From: Eledone cirrhosa
Lineage: Eukaryota
NCBI GenBank assembly: GCA_964016885.1
Contig: OZ024744.1
Location: 4,960,001 to 5,024,000, forward strand
DNA length: 64,000 nucleotides
Reading direction: 5' to 3'
In this document: positions 11,953 to 26,900 of the stretch, in pieces
Layout: each line of letters starts with the position of its first letter
Numbering within the stretch: position 1 is the stretch's first letter
Made by a program: the position numbers and the translations under genes
The notes under the pieces: generated by a model
What the model was told of the DNA's origin: nothing
Databases searched by the model: none
What the model saw: the letters and a program-made list of their open reading frames with translations, nothing else

Positions 11953-14900
11953 AGTGGGGTGGGTAGCAGAGGTCTATGTTGGTAGACAGTGGTGTTGGTA
12001 GCAGAGGTCTATGTTGGTAGACAGTGGTGTTGGTAGCAGAGGTCTATGTTGGTAGACAGTGGTCTTGGTAGCAGAGGTTAATCTTGGTAGACAGTGGTGT
12101 TGGTAGCAGAGATCTATCTTGGTAGACAGTAGTGTTGGTAGCAGAGGTCTATGTTGGTAGACAGTGGTGTTTGTAGCAGAGGTCTATGTTGGTAGACAGT
12201 GGTGTTGGAAGCAGAGGTCTATCTTAGTAGACAGTGGTGTTGGTACAGAGGTCTATGTTGGTAGACAGTGAGGTTGGTAGCAGAGGTCTATATTGGTAGA
12301 CAGTGAGGTTGGTAGCAGAGGTATATCTTGGTAGACAGTGAGGTTGGTAGCAGAGCTTTATCTTGGTAGATAGTGGTGTTGGTAGCAGAGGTCTATCTTG
12401 GTAGACAGTGGTGTTGGTAGCAGAGGTTTATCTTGGTAGACAGTGGTGTTTGTAGCAGAGGTCTATGTTGGTAGACAGTGGTGTTGGTAGCAGAGGTATA
12501 TCTTGGTAGGCAGTGGTGTTGGTAGCAGAGCTCTATCTTGGTAGACAGTGGTGTTGGTAGCAGAGGTCTTTCTTGGTAGACAGTGGTGTTGCTAGCAGAG
12601 GTCTATGTTGGTAGAAAGTGAGGTTGGTAGCTGAGATCTATGTTGGTAGACAGTGGTGTTGGTAGCAGAAGTCTATCTTGGTAGACAGTGAGGTTGGTAG
12701 CAGAGGTCTATCTTGGTAGACAGTGGTGTTGGTAGCAGAGGTCTATCTTGGTAGACAGTGGTGTTGGTAGCAGAGGTCTATCTTGGTAGACAGTGGTGTT
12801 GGTAGCAGAAGTCTATCTTGGTAGACAGTGGTGTTGGTAGCAGAGGTCTATCTTGGTAGACAGTGGTGTTGCTAGCAGAGGTCTATCTTGGTAGACAGTG
12901 GTGTTGCTAGCAAAGGTCTATGTTGGTAGACAGTGAGGTTGTTAGCAGAGGTCTATCTTGGTAGACAGTGAGGGTGGTTGCAGAGGTCTATCTTGGTAGA
13001 CAGTGGTGTTGGTAGCAGAGGTCTATCTTGGTAGACAGTGAGGTTGGTATCAGAGGTCTATCTTGGTAGACAGTGAGGTTGGTAGCAGAGGTCTATGTTG
13101 GTAGACAGTGGTGTTGGTAGCATAGGTCTATCTTGGTAGACAGTGGTGTTGGTAGCAGAGGTCTATGTTGGTAGACAGTGGTGTTGGTAGTAGAGGTCTA
13201 TCTTGGTAGACAGTGGTGTTGGTAGCAGATGTCTATCTTGGTAGACAGTGGTGTTGGTAGCAGAGGTCTATCTTGGTAGACAGTGGTGTTGGTAGCAGAT
13301 ATCTATCTTGGTAGACAGTGGTGTTGGTAGCAGAGGTCTATGTTGGTAGACAGTGGTGTTGGTAGCAGAGGTCTATCTTGGTAGTCAGTGGTGTTGGTAG
13401 CAGAGGTCTATCTTGGTAGACAGTGGTGTTGGTAGCAGAGGTCTATGTTGGTAGACAGTGAGGTTGGTAGCAGAGGTCTATCTTGGTAGACAGTGGTGTT
13501 GGTAGAAGAGGTCTATGTTGGTAGACAGTGAGGTTGGTAGCAGAGGTTTATCTTGGCAGACAGTGAGGTTGGTAGCAGAGGTCTATCTTGGTAGACAGTG
13601 GTGTTGGTAGCAGAGGTCTATCTTGGTAGACAGTGAGGTTGGTAGCAGATGTCTATCTTGGTAGACAGTGGTGTTGGTAGCAGAGATCTATCTTGGTAGA
13701 CAGTGAGGTTGGTAGCAGAGGTCTATCTTGGTAGACAGTGGTGTTGGTAGCAGAGGTCTATCTTGGTAGACAGTGGTGTTGGTAGCAGAGGTCTATGTTG
13801 GTAGACAGTGGTGTTGATAGCAGAGGTTAATCTTGGTAGACAGTGGTGTTGGTAGCAGAGGTCTATCTTGGTAGACAGTGGTGTTGGTAGCAGAGGTCTA
13901 TCTTGGTAGACAGTGGTGTTGGTAGCAGAGGTCTATGTTGGTAGACAGTGGTGTTTGTAGCAGAGGACTATGTTGGTAGACAGTGGTGTTGGTAGCAGAG
14001 GTCTATCTTGGTAGACATTGAGGTTGGTAGCAGAGGTCTATCTTGGTAGACAGTGGTGTTGGTAGCAGAGATCTATGTTGGTAGACAGTGGTGTTGGTAG
14101 CAGAGGTCTATCTTAGTAGACAGTGGTGTTGGTAGCAGAGGTCTATCTTGGTAGACAGTGAAGTTGGTAGCAGAGGTCTATCTTGGTAGACAGTGAGGTT
14201 GGTAGCAGAGGTCTATCTTGGTAGACAGTGGTGTTGGTAGCAGAGGTCTATCTTGGTAGACAGTGAGGTTGGTAACAGAGGTCTATCTTGGTAGACAGTG
14301 GTGTTGTAGCAGAGGTCTATCTCGGTAGACAGTGAGGTTGGTAGCAGAGGTCTATGCTGGTAGACAGTGGTGTTGGTAGCAGAGGTCTATCTTGGTAGAC
14401 AGTGGTGTTGGTAGCAGAGGTCTATCTTGGTAGACAGTGGTGTTGGTAGCAGAGGTCTATGTTGGTAGACAGTGAGGTTGCTAGCAGAGGTCTATCTTGG
14501 TAGACAGTGGTGTTGGTAGCAGAGGTCTATCTTGGTAGACAGTGAGGTTGGTATCAGAGGTCTATCTTGGTAGACAGTGGTGTTGGTAGCAGAGGTCTAT
14601 GTTGGTAGACAGTGGTGTTGGTAGCAGAGGTCTATCTTGGTAGATAGTGAGGTTGGTAGTAGAGGTCTATGTTGGTAGACATTGGTGTTGGTAGCAGAGT
14701 TCTATCTTGGTAGACAGTGGTGTTGGTAGCAGAGGTCTATGTTGGTAGACAGTGGTGTTGGTAATAGAGGTCTATCTTGGTAGACAGTGGTGTTGGTAGC
14801 AGATGTCTATCTTGGTAGACAGTGGTGTTGGTAGCAGAGGTCTATCTTGGTAGACAGTGGTGTTGGTAGCAGAGGTCGATCTTGGTAGACAGTGGTGTTG

Positions 14901-17900
14901 GTAGCAGAGGTCTATCTTGGTAGACAGTGGTGTTGGTAGCAGATGTCTATCTTGGTAGACAGTGGTGTTGGTAGCAGAGATCTATCTTGGTAGACAGTGG
15001 TGTTGGTAGCAGAGGTCGATCTTGGTAGACAGTGGTGTTGGTAGCAGAGGTCGATCTTGGTAGACAGTGGTGTTGGTAGCAGAGGTCTATCTTGGTAGAC
15101 AGTGGTGTTGGTAGCAGAGGTCTATGTTGGTAGACAGTGGTGTTGGTAGCAGAGGTATATCTTGGTAGGCAGTGGTGTTGGTAGCAGAGCTCTATCTTGG
15201 TAGACAGTGGTGTTGGTAGCAGAGGTCTATCTTGGTAGACAGTGGTGTTGGTAGCAGAGGTCTTTCTTGGTAGACAGTGGTGTTGGTAGCAGAGGTCTAT
15301 GTTGGTAGAAAGTGAGGTTGGTAGCAGAGGTCTATCTTGGTAGAAAGTGGTGTTGGTAGGAGAGGTCTATCTTGGTAGACAGTGGTGTTGGTAGCAGAGG
15401 TCTATCTTGGTAGACAGTGGTGTTGGTAGCAGAGGTCTATATTGGTAGACAGTGGTGTTGGTAGCAGATGTCTATCTTGGTAGACAGTGGTGTTGGTAGC
15501 AGAGGTCTATCTTGGTAGACAGTGGTGGTGGTAGCAGAGGTCTATCTTGTTAGACAGTGTTGTTGGTAGCAGAGGTCTATCTTAGTAGACAGTGGTGTTG
15601 GTAGCAGAGGTCTATCCTGGTAGACAGTGGTGTTGGTAGCAGAGGTCTATCTTGGTAGACAGTAGTGTTGGTAGCAGAGGTCTATCTTGGTAGACAGTGG
15701 TGTTGGTAGCTGAGGTCTAACTTGGTAGACAGTGGTGTTGGTAGCAGAGGTCTATCTTAGTAGACAGTGGTGTTGGTAGCAGAGGTCTACCTTGGTAGAC
15801 AGTGGTGTCGGTAGCAGAGCTCTATCCTGGTAGACAGTGGTGTTGGTAGCAGAGGTCTATCTTGGTAGACAGTGAGGTTGGTAGCAGAGGTCTATGTTGG
15901 TAGACAGTGGTGTCGGTAGCAGAGCTCTATCTTGGTAGACAGTGGTGTTGGTAGCAGAAGTCTATCTTGGTAGACAGTGAGGTTGGGAGCAGAGGTCTAT
16001 GTTGGTAGACAGTGGTGTTGGTAGCAGAGGTCTATCTTGGTAGACAGTGGTGTTGGTAGGAGAGGTATATCTTGGTAGACAGTGGTGTTGGTAGCAGAGG
16101 TCTATGTTGGTAGACAGTGGTGTTGGTAGCAGAGGTATATCTTGGTAGGCAGTGGTGTTGGTAGCAGAGCTCTATCTTGGTAGACAGTGGTGTTGGTAGC
16201 AGAGGTCTATCTTGGTAGACAGTGGTGTTGGTAGCAGAGGTCTATGTTAGTAGAAAGTGAGGTTGGTAGCAGAGGTCTATCTTGGTAGACAGTGAGGGTG
16301 GTAGCAGAGGTCTATCTTGGTAAACAGAGGTGTTGGTAGCAGAGGTCTATCTTGGTAGACAGTGAGGTTGGTATCAAAGGTCTATCTTGGTAGACAGTGA
16401 GGTTGGTAGCAGAGGTCTATGTTGGTAGACAGTGGTGTTGGTAGCATAGGTCTATCTTGGTAGACAGTGGTGTTGGTAGCAGAGGTCTATGTTGGTAGAC
16501 AGTGGTGTTGGTAGTAGAGGTCTATCTTGGTAGACAGTGGTGTTGGTAGCAGATGTCTATCTTGGTAGACAGTGGTGTTGGTAGCAGAGGTCTATCTTGG
16601 TAGACAGTGGTGTTGGTAGCAAATATCTATCTTGGTAGACAGTGGTTTTGGTAGCAGAGGTCTATGTTGGTAGACAGTGGTGTTGGTAGCAGAGGTCTAT
16701 CTTGGTAGACAGTGGTGTTGGTAGCAGAGGTCTATCTTGGTAGACAGTGGTGTTGGTAGCAGAGGTCTATCTTGGTAGACAGTGGTGTTGGTAGCAGAGG
16801 TCTATCTTGGTAGACAGTGGTGTTGGTAGCAGAGGTCTATGTTGGTAGACAGTGAGGTTGGTAGCAGAGGTCTATGTTGGTAGACAGTGGTGTTGGTAGC
16901 AGAGGTCTATCTTGGTAGACAGTGGTGTTGGTAGAAGAGGTCTATGTTGGTAGACAGTGAGGTTGGTAGCAGAGGTCTATCTTGGTAGACAGTGAAGTTG
17001 GTAGCAGAGGTCTATCTTGGTAGACAGTGAGGGTGGTAGCAGAGGTCTATCTTGGTAGACAGTGGTGTTCGTAGCAGAGGTCTATCTTGGTAGACAGTGG
17101 TGTTGGTAGCAGAGGTCTAACTTGGTAGACAGTGAGGTTGGTAGCAGAGGTCTATCTTGGTAGACAGTGGTGTTGGTATCAGAGGTCTATCTTGGTAGAC
17201 AGTGGGGTGGGTAGCAGAGGTCTATGTTGGTAGACAGTGGTGTTGGTAGCAGAGGTCTATGTTGGTAGACAGTGGTGTTGGTAGCAGAGGTCTATGTTGG
17301 TAGACAGTGGTGTTGGTAGCAGAGGTTAATCTTGGTAGACAGTGGTGTTGGTAGCAGAGATATATCTTGGTAGACAGTAGTGTTGGTAGCAGAGGTCTAT
17401 GTTGGTAGACAGTGGTGTTTGTAGCAGAGGTCTATGTTGGTAGACAGTGGTGTTGGAAGCAGAGGTCTATCTTAGTAGACAGTGGTGTTGGTACTGAGGT
17501 CTATGTTGGTAGACAGTGAGGTTGGTAGCAGAGGTCTATATTGGTAGACAGTGAGGTTGGTAGCAGAGGTATATCTTGGTAGACAGTGAGGTTGGTAGCA
17601 GAGCTCTATCTTGGTAGACAGTGGTGTTGGTAGCAGAGGTCTATCTTGGTAGACAGTGGTGTTGGTAGCAGAGGTCTATCTTGGTAGACAGTGGTGTTGG
17701 TAGCAGAGGTCTATGTTGGTAGACAGTGGTGTTGGTAGCAGAGGTATATCTTGGTAGGCAGTGGTGTTGGTAGCAGAGCTCTATCTTGGTAGACAGTGGT
17801 GTTGGTAGCAGAGGTCTTTCTTGGTAGACAGTGGTGTTGCTAGCAGAGGTCTATGTTGGTAGAAAGTGAGGTTGGTAGCTGAGATCTATGTTGGTAGACA

Positions 17901-20900
17901 GTGGTTTTGGTAGCAGAAGTCTATCTTGGTAGACAGTGAGGTTGGTAGCAGAGGTCTATCTTGGTAGACAGTGGTGTTGGTAGCAGAGGTCTATCTTGGT
18001 AGACAGTGGTGTTGGTAGCAGAGGTCTATCTTGGTAGACAGTGGTGTTGGTAGCAGAAGTCTATCTTGGTAGACAGTGGTGTTGGTAGCAGAGGTCTATC
18101 TTGGTAGACAGTGGTGTTGCTAGCAGAGGTCTATCTTGGTAGACAGTGGTGTTGCTAGCAAAGGTCTATGTTGGTAGACAGTGAGGTTGGTAGCAGAGGT
18201 CTATCTTGGTAGACAGTGAGGGTGGTTGCAGAGGTCTATCTTGGTAGACAGTGGTGTTGGTAGCAGAGGTCTAGCTTGGTAGACAGTGAGGTTGGTATCA
18301 GAGGTCTATCTTGGTAGACAGTGAGGTTGGTAGCAGAGGTCTATGTTGGTAGACAGTGGTGTTGGTAGCATAGGTCTATCTTGGTAGACAGTGGTGTTGG
18401 TAGCAGAGGTCTATGTTGGTAGACAGTGGTGTTGGTAGTAGAGGTCTATCTTGGTAGACAGTGGTGTTGGTAGCAGATGTCTATCTTGGTAGACAGTGGT
18501 GTTGGTAGCAGAGGTCTATCTTGGTAGACAGTGGTGTTGGTAGCAGATATCTATCTTGGTAGACAGTGGTGTTGGTAGCAGAGGTCTATGTTGGTAGACA
18601 GTGGTGTTGGTAGCAGAGGTCTATCTTGGTAGTCAGTGGTGTTGGTAGCAGAGGTCTATCTTGGTAGACAGTGGTGTTGGTAGCAGAGGTCTATGTTGGT
18701 AGACAGTGAGGTTGGTAGCAGAGGTCTATCTTGGTAGACAGTGGTGTTGGTAGCAGAGGTCTATGTTGGTAGACAGTGGTGTTGGTAGCAGAGGTCTATC
18801 TTGGTAGATAGTGAGGTTGGTAGTAGAGGTCTATGTTGGTAGACATTGGTGTTGGTAGCAGAGTTCTATCTTGGTAGACAGTGGTGTTGGTAGCAGAGGT
18901 CTATGTTGGTAGACAGTGGTGTTGGTAATAGAGGTCTATCTTGGTAGACAGTGGTGTTGGTAGCAGATGTCTATCTTGGTAGACAGTGGTGTTGGTACCA
19001 GAGGTCTATCTTGGTAGACAGTGGTGTTGGTAGGAGAGGTCTATCTTGGTAGACAGTGGTGTTGGTAGCAGAGGTCTATCTTGGTAGAAAGTGGTGTTGG
19101 TAGGAGAGGTCTATCTTGGTAGACAGTGGTGTTGGTAGCAGAGGTCTATCTTGGTAGACAGTGGTGTTGGTAGCAGAGGTCTATATTGGTAGACAGTGGT
19201 GTTGGTAGCAGATGTCTATCTTGGTAGACAGTGGTGTTGGTAGCAGAGGTCTATCTTGGTAGACAGTGGTGGTGGTAGCAGAGGTCTATCTTGTTAGACA
19301 GTGTTGTTGGTAGCAGAGGTCTATCTTAGTAGACAGTGGTGTTGGTAGCAGAGGTCTATCCTGGTAGACAGTGGTGTTGGTAGCAGAGGTCTATCTTGGT
19401 AGACAGTAGTGTTGGTAGCAGAGGTCTATCTTGGTAGACAGTGGTGTTGGTAGCTGAGGTCTAACTTGGTAGACAGTGGTGTTGGTAGCAGAGGTCTATC
19501 TTAGTAGACAGTGGTTTGGTAGCAGAGGTCTACCTTGGTAGACAGTGGTGTCGGTAGCAGAGCTCTATCCTGGTAGACAGTGGTGTTGGTAGCAGAGGTC
19601 TATCTTGGTAGACAGTGAGGTTGGTAGCAGAGGTCTATGTTGGTAGACAGTGGTGTCGGTAGCAGAGCTCTATCTTGGTAGACAGTGGTGTTGGTAGCAG
19701 AAGTCTATCATGGTAGACAGTGAGGTTGGGAGCAGAGGTCTATGTTGGTAGACAGTGGTGTTGGTAGCAGAGGTCTATCTTGGTAGACAGTGGTGTTGGT
19801 AGCAGAGGTTTATCTTGGTAGACAGTGGTGTTGGTAGCAGAGGTCTATGTTGGTAGACAGTGGTGTTGGTAGCAGAGGTATATCTTGGTAGGCAGTGGTG
19901 TTGGTAGCAGAGCTCTATCTTGGTAGACAGTGGTGTTGGTAGCAGAGGTCTATCTTGGTAGACAGTGGTGTTGGTAGCAGAGGTCTTTCTTGGTAGACAG
20001 TGGTGTTGGTAGCAGAGGTCTATGTTGGTAGAAAGTGAGGTTGGTAGCAGAGGTCTATCTTGGTAGACAATGAGGTTGGTAGCAGAGGTCTATGTTGGTA
20101 GACAGTGGTGTTGGTAGCATAGGTCTATCTTGGTAGACAGTGGTGTTGGTAGCAGAGGTCTATGTTGGTAGACAGTGGTGTTGGTAGTAGAGGTCTATCT
20201 TGGTAGACAGTGGTGTTGGTAGCAGATGTCTATCTTGGTAGACAGTGGTGTTGGTAGCAGAGGTCTATCTTGGTAGACAGTGGTGTTGGTAGCAAATATC
20301 TATCTTGGTAGACAGTGTTGTTGGTAGCAGAGTTCTATGTTGGTAGACAGTGGTGTTGGTAGCAGAGGTCTATCTTGGTAGACAGTGAGGGTGGTTGCAG
20401 AGGTCTATCTTGGTAGACAGTGGTGTTGGTAGCAGAGGTCTATCTTGGTAGACAGTGAGGTTGGTATCAGAGGTCTATCTTGGTAGACAGTGAGGTTGGT
20501 AGCAGAGGTCTATGTTGGTAGACAGTGGTGTTGGTAGCATAGGTCTATCTTGGTAGACAGTGGTGTTGGTAGCAGAGGTCTATGTTGGTAGACAGTGGTG
20601 TTGGTAGTAGAGGTCTATCTTGGTAGACAGTGGTGTTGGTAGCAGATGTCTATCTTGGTAGACAGTGGTGTTGGTAGCAGAGGTTAATCTTGGTAGACAG
20701 TGGTGTTGGTAGCAGAGGTCTATGTTGGTAGACAGTGGTGTTGATAGCAGAGGTTAATCTTGGTAGACAGTGGTGTTGGTAGCAGAGGTCTATTTTGGTA
20801 GACAGTGGTGTTGGTAGAAGAGGTCTATCTTGGTAGACAGTGGTGTTGGTAGCAGAGATCTATGTTGGTAGACAGTGGTGTTGGTAGCAGAGGTCTATCT

Positions 20901-23900
20901 TAGTAGACAGTGGTGTTGGTAGCAGAGGTCTATCTTGGTAGACAGTGAAGTTGGTAGCAGAGGTCTATCTTGGTAGACAGTGAGGTTGGTAGCAGAGGTC
21001 TATCTTGGTAGACAGTGGTGTTGGTAGCAGAGGTCTATCTTGGTAGACAGTGAGGTTGGTAACAGAGGTCTATCTTGGTAGACAGTGGTGTTGTAGCAGA
21101 GGTCTATCTCGGTAGACAGTGAAGTTGGTAGCAGAGGTCTATGCTGGTAGACAGTGGTGTTGGTAGCAGAGGTCTATCTTGGTAGACAGTGGTGTTGGTA
21201 GCAGAGGTCTATCTTGGTAGACAGTGCTGTTGGTAGCAGAGGTCTATGTTGGTAGACAGTGAGGTTGGTAGCAGAGGTCTATCTTGGTAGATAGTGATGT
21301 TGGTAGCAGAGGTCTATCTTGGTAGACAGTGAGGTTGGTATGAGAGGTCTATCTTGGTAGACAGTGGTGTTGGTAGCAGAGGTCTATCTTGGTAGATAGT
21401 GAGGTTGGTAGTAGAGGTCTATGTTGGTAGACATTGGTGTTGGTAGCAGAGTTCTATCTTGGTAGACAGTGGTGTTGGTAATAGAGGTCTATCTTGGTAG
21501 ACAGTGGTGTTGGTAGCAGATGTCTATCTTGGTAGACAGTGGTGTTGGTAGCAGAGGTCTATCTTGGTAGACAGTGGTGTTGGTAGCAGAGGTCTATCTT
21601 GGTAGACAGTGGTGTTGGTAGCAGAGGTTTATCTTGGTAGACAGTGGTGTTGGTAGCATATGTCTATCTTGGTAGACAGTGGTGTTGGTAGCAGAGGTCT
21701 TTCTTGGTAGACAGTGGTGTTGGTAGCAGAGGTCTATGTTGGTAGAAAGTGAGGTTGGTAGCAGAGGTCTATCTTGGTAGACAGTGGTGTTGGTAGCAGA
21801 GGTCTATCTTGGTAGACAGTGATGTTGGTAGAAGAGGTCTATGTTGGTAGAAAGTGAGGTTGGTAACAGAGGTCTATCTTGGTAGACAGTGGTGTTGGTA
21901 GCAGAGGTTTATATTGGTAGACAGTGGTGTTGGTAGCAGAGGTTTATCTTGGTAGACATTGAGGTTGGTAGCAGAGGTCTATCTTGGTAGACAGTGGTGT
22001 TGGTAGCAGAGGTCTATGTTGGTAGACAGTGGAGTTGGTAGCAGAGGTCTATCTTGGTAGACAGTGGTGTTGGTAGCAGAGGTCTATATTGGTAGACAGT
22101 GGTGTTGGTAGCAGAGGTCTATCTTGGTAGACAGTGAGGTTGGTAGCAGAGGTCTATCTTCGTAGACAGTGAGGTTGGTAGCAGAGGTCTATCTTGGTAG
22201 ACAGTGGTGTTGGTAGCAGAGGTCTATGTTGGTAGACAGTGAGGTTGGTAGCAGAGGTCTATCTTGGTAGACAGTGAAGTTGGTAGCAGAGGTCTATCTT
22301 GGTAGACAGTGAGGGTGGTAGCAGAGGTCTATCTTGGTAGACAGTGGTGTTCGTAGCAGAGGTCTATCTTGGTAGACAGTGGTGTTGGTAGCAGAGGTCT
22401 ATCTTGGTAGACAGTGAGGTTGGTAGCAGAGGTCTATCTTGGTAGACAGTGGTGTTGGTAGCAGAGGTCTATCTTGGTAGACAGTGGGGTGGGTAGCAGA
22501 GGTCTATCTTGGTAGACAGTGGTGTTGGTAGCAGAGGTCTATCTTGGTAGACAGTGGTGTTGGTAGCAGAGGTCTATGTTGGTAGACAGTGGTGTTGGTA
22601 GCAGAGGTTAATCTTGGTAGACAGTGGTGTTGGTAGCAGAGGTCTATCTTGGTAGACAGTGGTGTTGGTAGCAGAGATCTATCTTGGTAGACAGTAGTGT
22701 TGGTAGCAGAGGTCTATGTTGGTAGACAGTGGTGTTTGTAGCAGAGGTCTATGTTGGTAGACAGTGGTGTTGGAAGCAGAGGTCTATCTTAGTAGACAGT
22801 GGTGTTGGTACATAGGTCTATGTTGGTAGACAGTGAGGTTGGTAGCAGAGGTCTATATTGGTAGACAGTGAGGTTGGTAGCAGAGGTCTATCTTGGTAGA
22901 CAGTGAGGTTGGTAGCAGAGCTCTATCTTGGTAGAAAGTGGTGTTGGTAGCAGAGGTCTATGTTGGTAGACAGTGGTGTTGGTAGCAGAGGTTTATCTTG
23001 GTAGACAGTGGTGTTGGTAGCAGAGGTCTATGTTGGTAGACAGTGGTGTTGGTAGCAGAGGTATATCTTGGTAGGCAGTGGTGTTGGTAGCAGAGCTCTA
23101 TCTTGGTAGACAGTGGTGTTGGTAGCAGAGGTCTTTCTTGGTAGACAGTGGTGTTGCTAGCAGAGGTCTATGTTGGTAGAAAGTGAGGTTGGTAGCTGAG
23201 GTCTATGTTGGTAGACAGTGGTGTTGGTAGCAGAAGTCTATCTTGGTAGACAGTGAGGTTGTTAGCAGAGGTCTATGTTGGTAGACATTGGTGTTGGTAG
23301 CAGAGTTCTATCTTGGTAGACAGTGGTGTTGGTAGCAGAGGTCTATGTTGGTAGACAGTGGTGTTGGTAATAGAGGTCTATTTTGGTAGACAGTGGTGTT
23401 GGTAGCAGAGGTCTATCTTGGTAGACAGTGGTGTTGGTAGCAGAGGTCGATCTTGGTAGACAGTGGTGTTGGTAGCAGAGGTCTATCTTGGTAGACAGTG
23501 GTGTTGGTAGCAGATGTCTATCTTGGTAGACAGTGGTGTTGGTAGCAGAGATCTATCTTGGTAGACAGTGGTGTTGGTAGCAGAGGTCGATCTTGGTAGA
23601 CAGTGGTGTTGGTAGCAGAGGTCGATCTTGGTAGACAGTGGTGTTGGTAGCAGAGGTCTATCTTGGTAGACAGTGGTGTTGGTAGCAGAGGTCTATGTTG
23701 GTAGACAGTGGTGTTGGTAGCAGAGGTATATCTTGGTAGGCAGTGGTGTTGGTAGCAGAGCTCTATCTTGGTAGACAGTGGTGTTGGTAGCAGAGGTCTA
23801 TCTTGGTAGACAGTGGTGTTGGTAGCAGAGGTCTTTCTTGGTAGACAGTGGTGTTGGTAGCAGAGGTCTATGTTGGTAGAAAGTGAGGTTGGTAGCAGAG

Positions 23901-26900
23901 GTCTATCTTGGTAGAAAGTGGTGTTGGTAGGAGAGGTCTATCTTGGTAGACAGTGGTGTTGGTAGCAGAGGTCTATCTTGGTAGACAGTGGTGTTGGTAG
24001 CAGATGTCTATCTTGGTAGACAGTGGTGTTGGTAGCAGAGGTCTATCTTGGTAGACAGTGGTGGTGGTAGCAGAGGTCTATCTTGTTAGACAGTGTTGTT
24101 GGTAGCAGAGGTCTATCTTAGTAGACAGTGGTGTTGGTAGCAGAGGTCTATCCTGGTAGACAGTGGTGTTGGTAGCAGAGGTCTATCTTGGTAGACAGTA
24201 GTGTTGGTAGCAGAGGTCTATCTTGGTAGACAGTGGTGTTGGTAGCTGAGGTCTAACTTGGTAGACAGTGGTGTTGGTAGCAGAGGTCTATCTTAGTAGA
24301 CAGTGGTGTTGGTAGCAGAGGTCTACCTTGGTAGACAGTGGTGTCGGTAGCAGAGCTCTATCCTGGTAGACAGTGGTGTTGGTAGCAGAGGTCTATCTTG
24401 GTAGACAGTGAGGTTGGTAGCAGAGGTCTATGTTGGTAGACAGTGGTGTCGGTAGCAGAGCTCTATCTTGGTAGACAGTGGTGTTGGTAGCAGAAGTCTA
24501 TCTTGGTAGACAGTGAGGTTGGGAGCAGAGGTCTATGTTCGTAGACAGTGGTGTTGGTAGCAGAGGTCTATCTTGGTAGACAGTGGTGTTGGTAGGAGAG
24601 GTTTATCTTGGTAGACAGTGGTGTTGGTAGCAGAGGTCTATGTTGGTAGACAGTGGTGTTGGTAGCAGAGGTATATCTTGGTAGGCAGTGGTGTTGGTAG
24701 CAGAGCTCTATCTTGGTAGACAGTGGTGTTGGTAGCAGAGGTCTATCTTGGTAGACAGTGGTGTTGGTAGCAGAGGTCTATGTTAGTAGAAAGTGAGGTT
24801 GGTAGCAGAGGTCTATCTTGGTAGACAGTGAGGGTGGTAGCAGAGGTCTATCTTGGTAAACAGAGGTGTTGGTAGCAGAGGTCTATCTTGGTAGACAGTG
24901 AGGTTGGTATCAGAGGTCTATCTTGGTAGACAGTGAGGTTGGTAGCAGAGGTCTATGTTGGTAGACAGTGGTGTTGGTAGCATAGGTCTATCTTGGTAGA
25001 CAGTGGTGTTGGTAGCAGAGGTCTATGTTGGTAGACAGTGGTGTTGGTAGTAGAGGTCTATCTTGGTAGACAGTGGTGTTGGTAGCAGATGTCTATCTTG
25101 GTAGACAGTGGTGTTGGTAGCAGAGGTCTATCTTGGTAGACAGTGGTGTTGGTAGCAAATATCTATCTTGGTAGACAGTGGTGTTGGTAGCAGAGGTCTA
25201 TGTTGGTAGACAGTGGTGTTGGTAGCAGAGGTCTATCTTGGTAGACAGTGGTGTTGGTAGCAGAGGTCTATCTTGGTAGACAGTGGTGTTGGTAGCAGAG
25301 GTCTATCTTGGTAGACAGTGGTGTTGGTAGCAGAGGTCTATGTTGGTAGACAGTGAGGTTGGTAGCAGAGGTCTATGTTGGTAGACAGTGGTGTTGGTAG
25401 CAGAGGTCTATCTTGGTAGACAGTGGTGTTGGTAGAAGAGGTCTATGTTGGTAGACAGTGAGGTTGGTAGCAGAGGTCTATCTTGGTAGACAGTGAAGTT
25501 GGTAGCAGAGGTCTATCTTGGTAGACAGTGAGGGTGGTAGCAGAGGTCTATCTTGGTAGACAGTGGTGTTCGTAGCAGAGGTCTATCTTGGTAGACAGTG
25601 GTGTTGGTAGCAGAGGTCTAACTTGGTAGACAGTGAGGTTGGTAGCAGAGGTCTATCTTGGTAGACAGTGGTGTTGGTAGCAGAGGTCTATCTTGGTAGA
25701 CAGTGGGGTGGGTAGCAGAGGTCTATGTTGGTAGACAGTGGTGTTGGTAGCAGAGGTCTATCTTGGTAGACAGTGGTGTTGGTAGCAGAGGTCTATGTTG
25801 GTAGACAGTGGTGTTGGTAGCAGAGGTTAATCTTGGTAGACAGTGGTGTTGGTAGCAGAGATCTATCTTGGTAGACAGTAGTGTTGGTAGCAGAGGTCTA
25901 TGTTGGTAGACAGTGGTGTTTGTAGCAGAGGTCTATGTTGGTAGACAGTGGTGTTGGAAGCAGAGGTCTATCTTAGTAGACAGTGGTGTTGGTACTGAGG
26001 TCTATGTTGGTAGACAGTGAGGTTGGTAGCAGAGGTCTATATTGGTAGACAGTGAGGTTGGTAGCAGAGGTATATCTTGGTAGACAGTGAGGTTGGTAGC
26101 AGAGCTCTATCTTGGTAGACAGTGGTGTTGGTAGCAGAGGTCTATCTTGGTAGACAGTGGTGTTGGTAGCAGAGGTCTATCTTGGTAGACAGTGGTGTTG
26201 GTAGCAGAGGTCTATGTTGGTAGACAGTGGTGTTGGTAGCAGAGGTATATCTTGGTAGGCAGTGGTGTTGGTAGCAGAGCTCTATCTTGGTAGACAGTGG
26301 TGTTGGTAGCAGAGGTCTTTCTTGGTAGACAGTGGTGTTGCTAGCAGAGGTCTATGTTGGTAGAAAGTGAGGTTGGTAGCTGAGATCTATGTTGGTAGAC
26401 AGTGGTGTTGGTAGCAGAAGTCTATCTTGGTAGACAGTGAGGTTGGTAGCAGAGGTCTATCTTGGTAGACAGTGGTGTTGGTAGCAGAGGTCTATCTTGG
26501 TAGATAGTGGTGTTGGTAGCAGAGGTCTATCTTGGTAGACAGTGGTGTTGGTAGCAGAAGTCTATCTTGGTAGACAGTGGTGTTGGTAGCAGAGGTCTAT
26601 CTTGGTAGACAGTGGTGTTGCTAGCAGAGGTCTATCTTGGTAGACAGTGGTGTTGCTAGCAAAGGTCTATGTTGGTAGACAGTGAGGTTGGTAGCAGAGG
26701 TCTATCTTGGTAGACAGTGAGGGTGGTTGCAGAGGTCTATCTTGGTAGACAGTGGTGTTGGTAGCAGAGGTCTATCTTGGTAGACAGTGAGGTTGGTATC
26801 AGAGGTCTATCTTGGTAGACAGTGAGGTTGGTAGCAGAGGTCTATGTTGGTAGACAGTGGTGTTGGTAGCATAGGTCTATCTTGGTAGACAGTGGTGTTG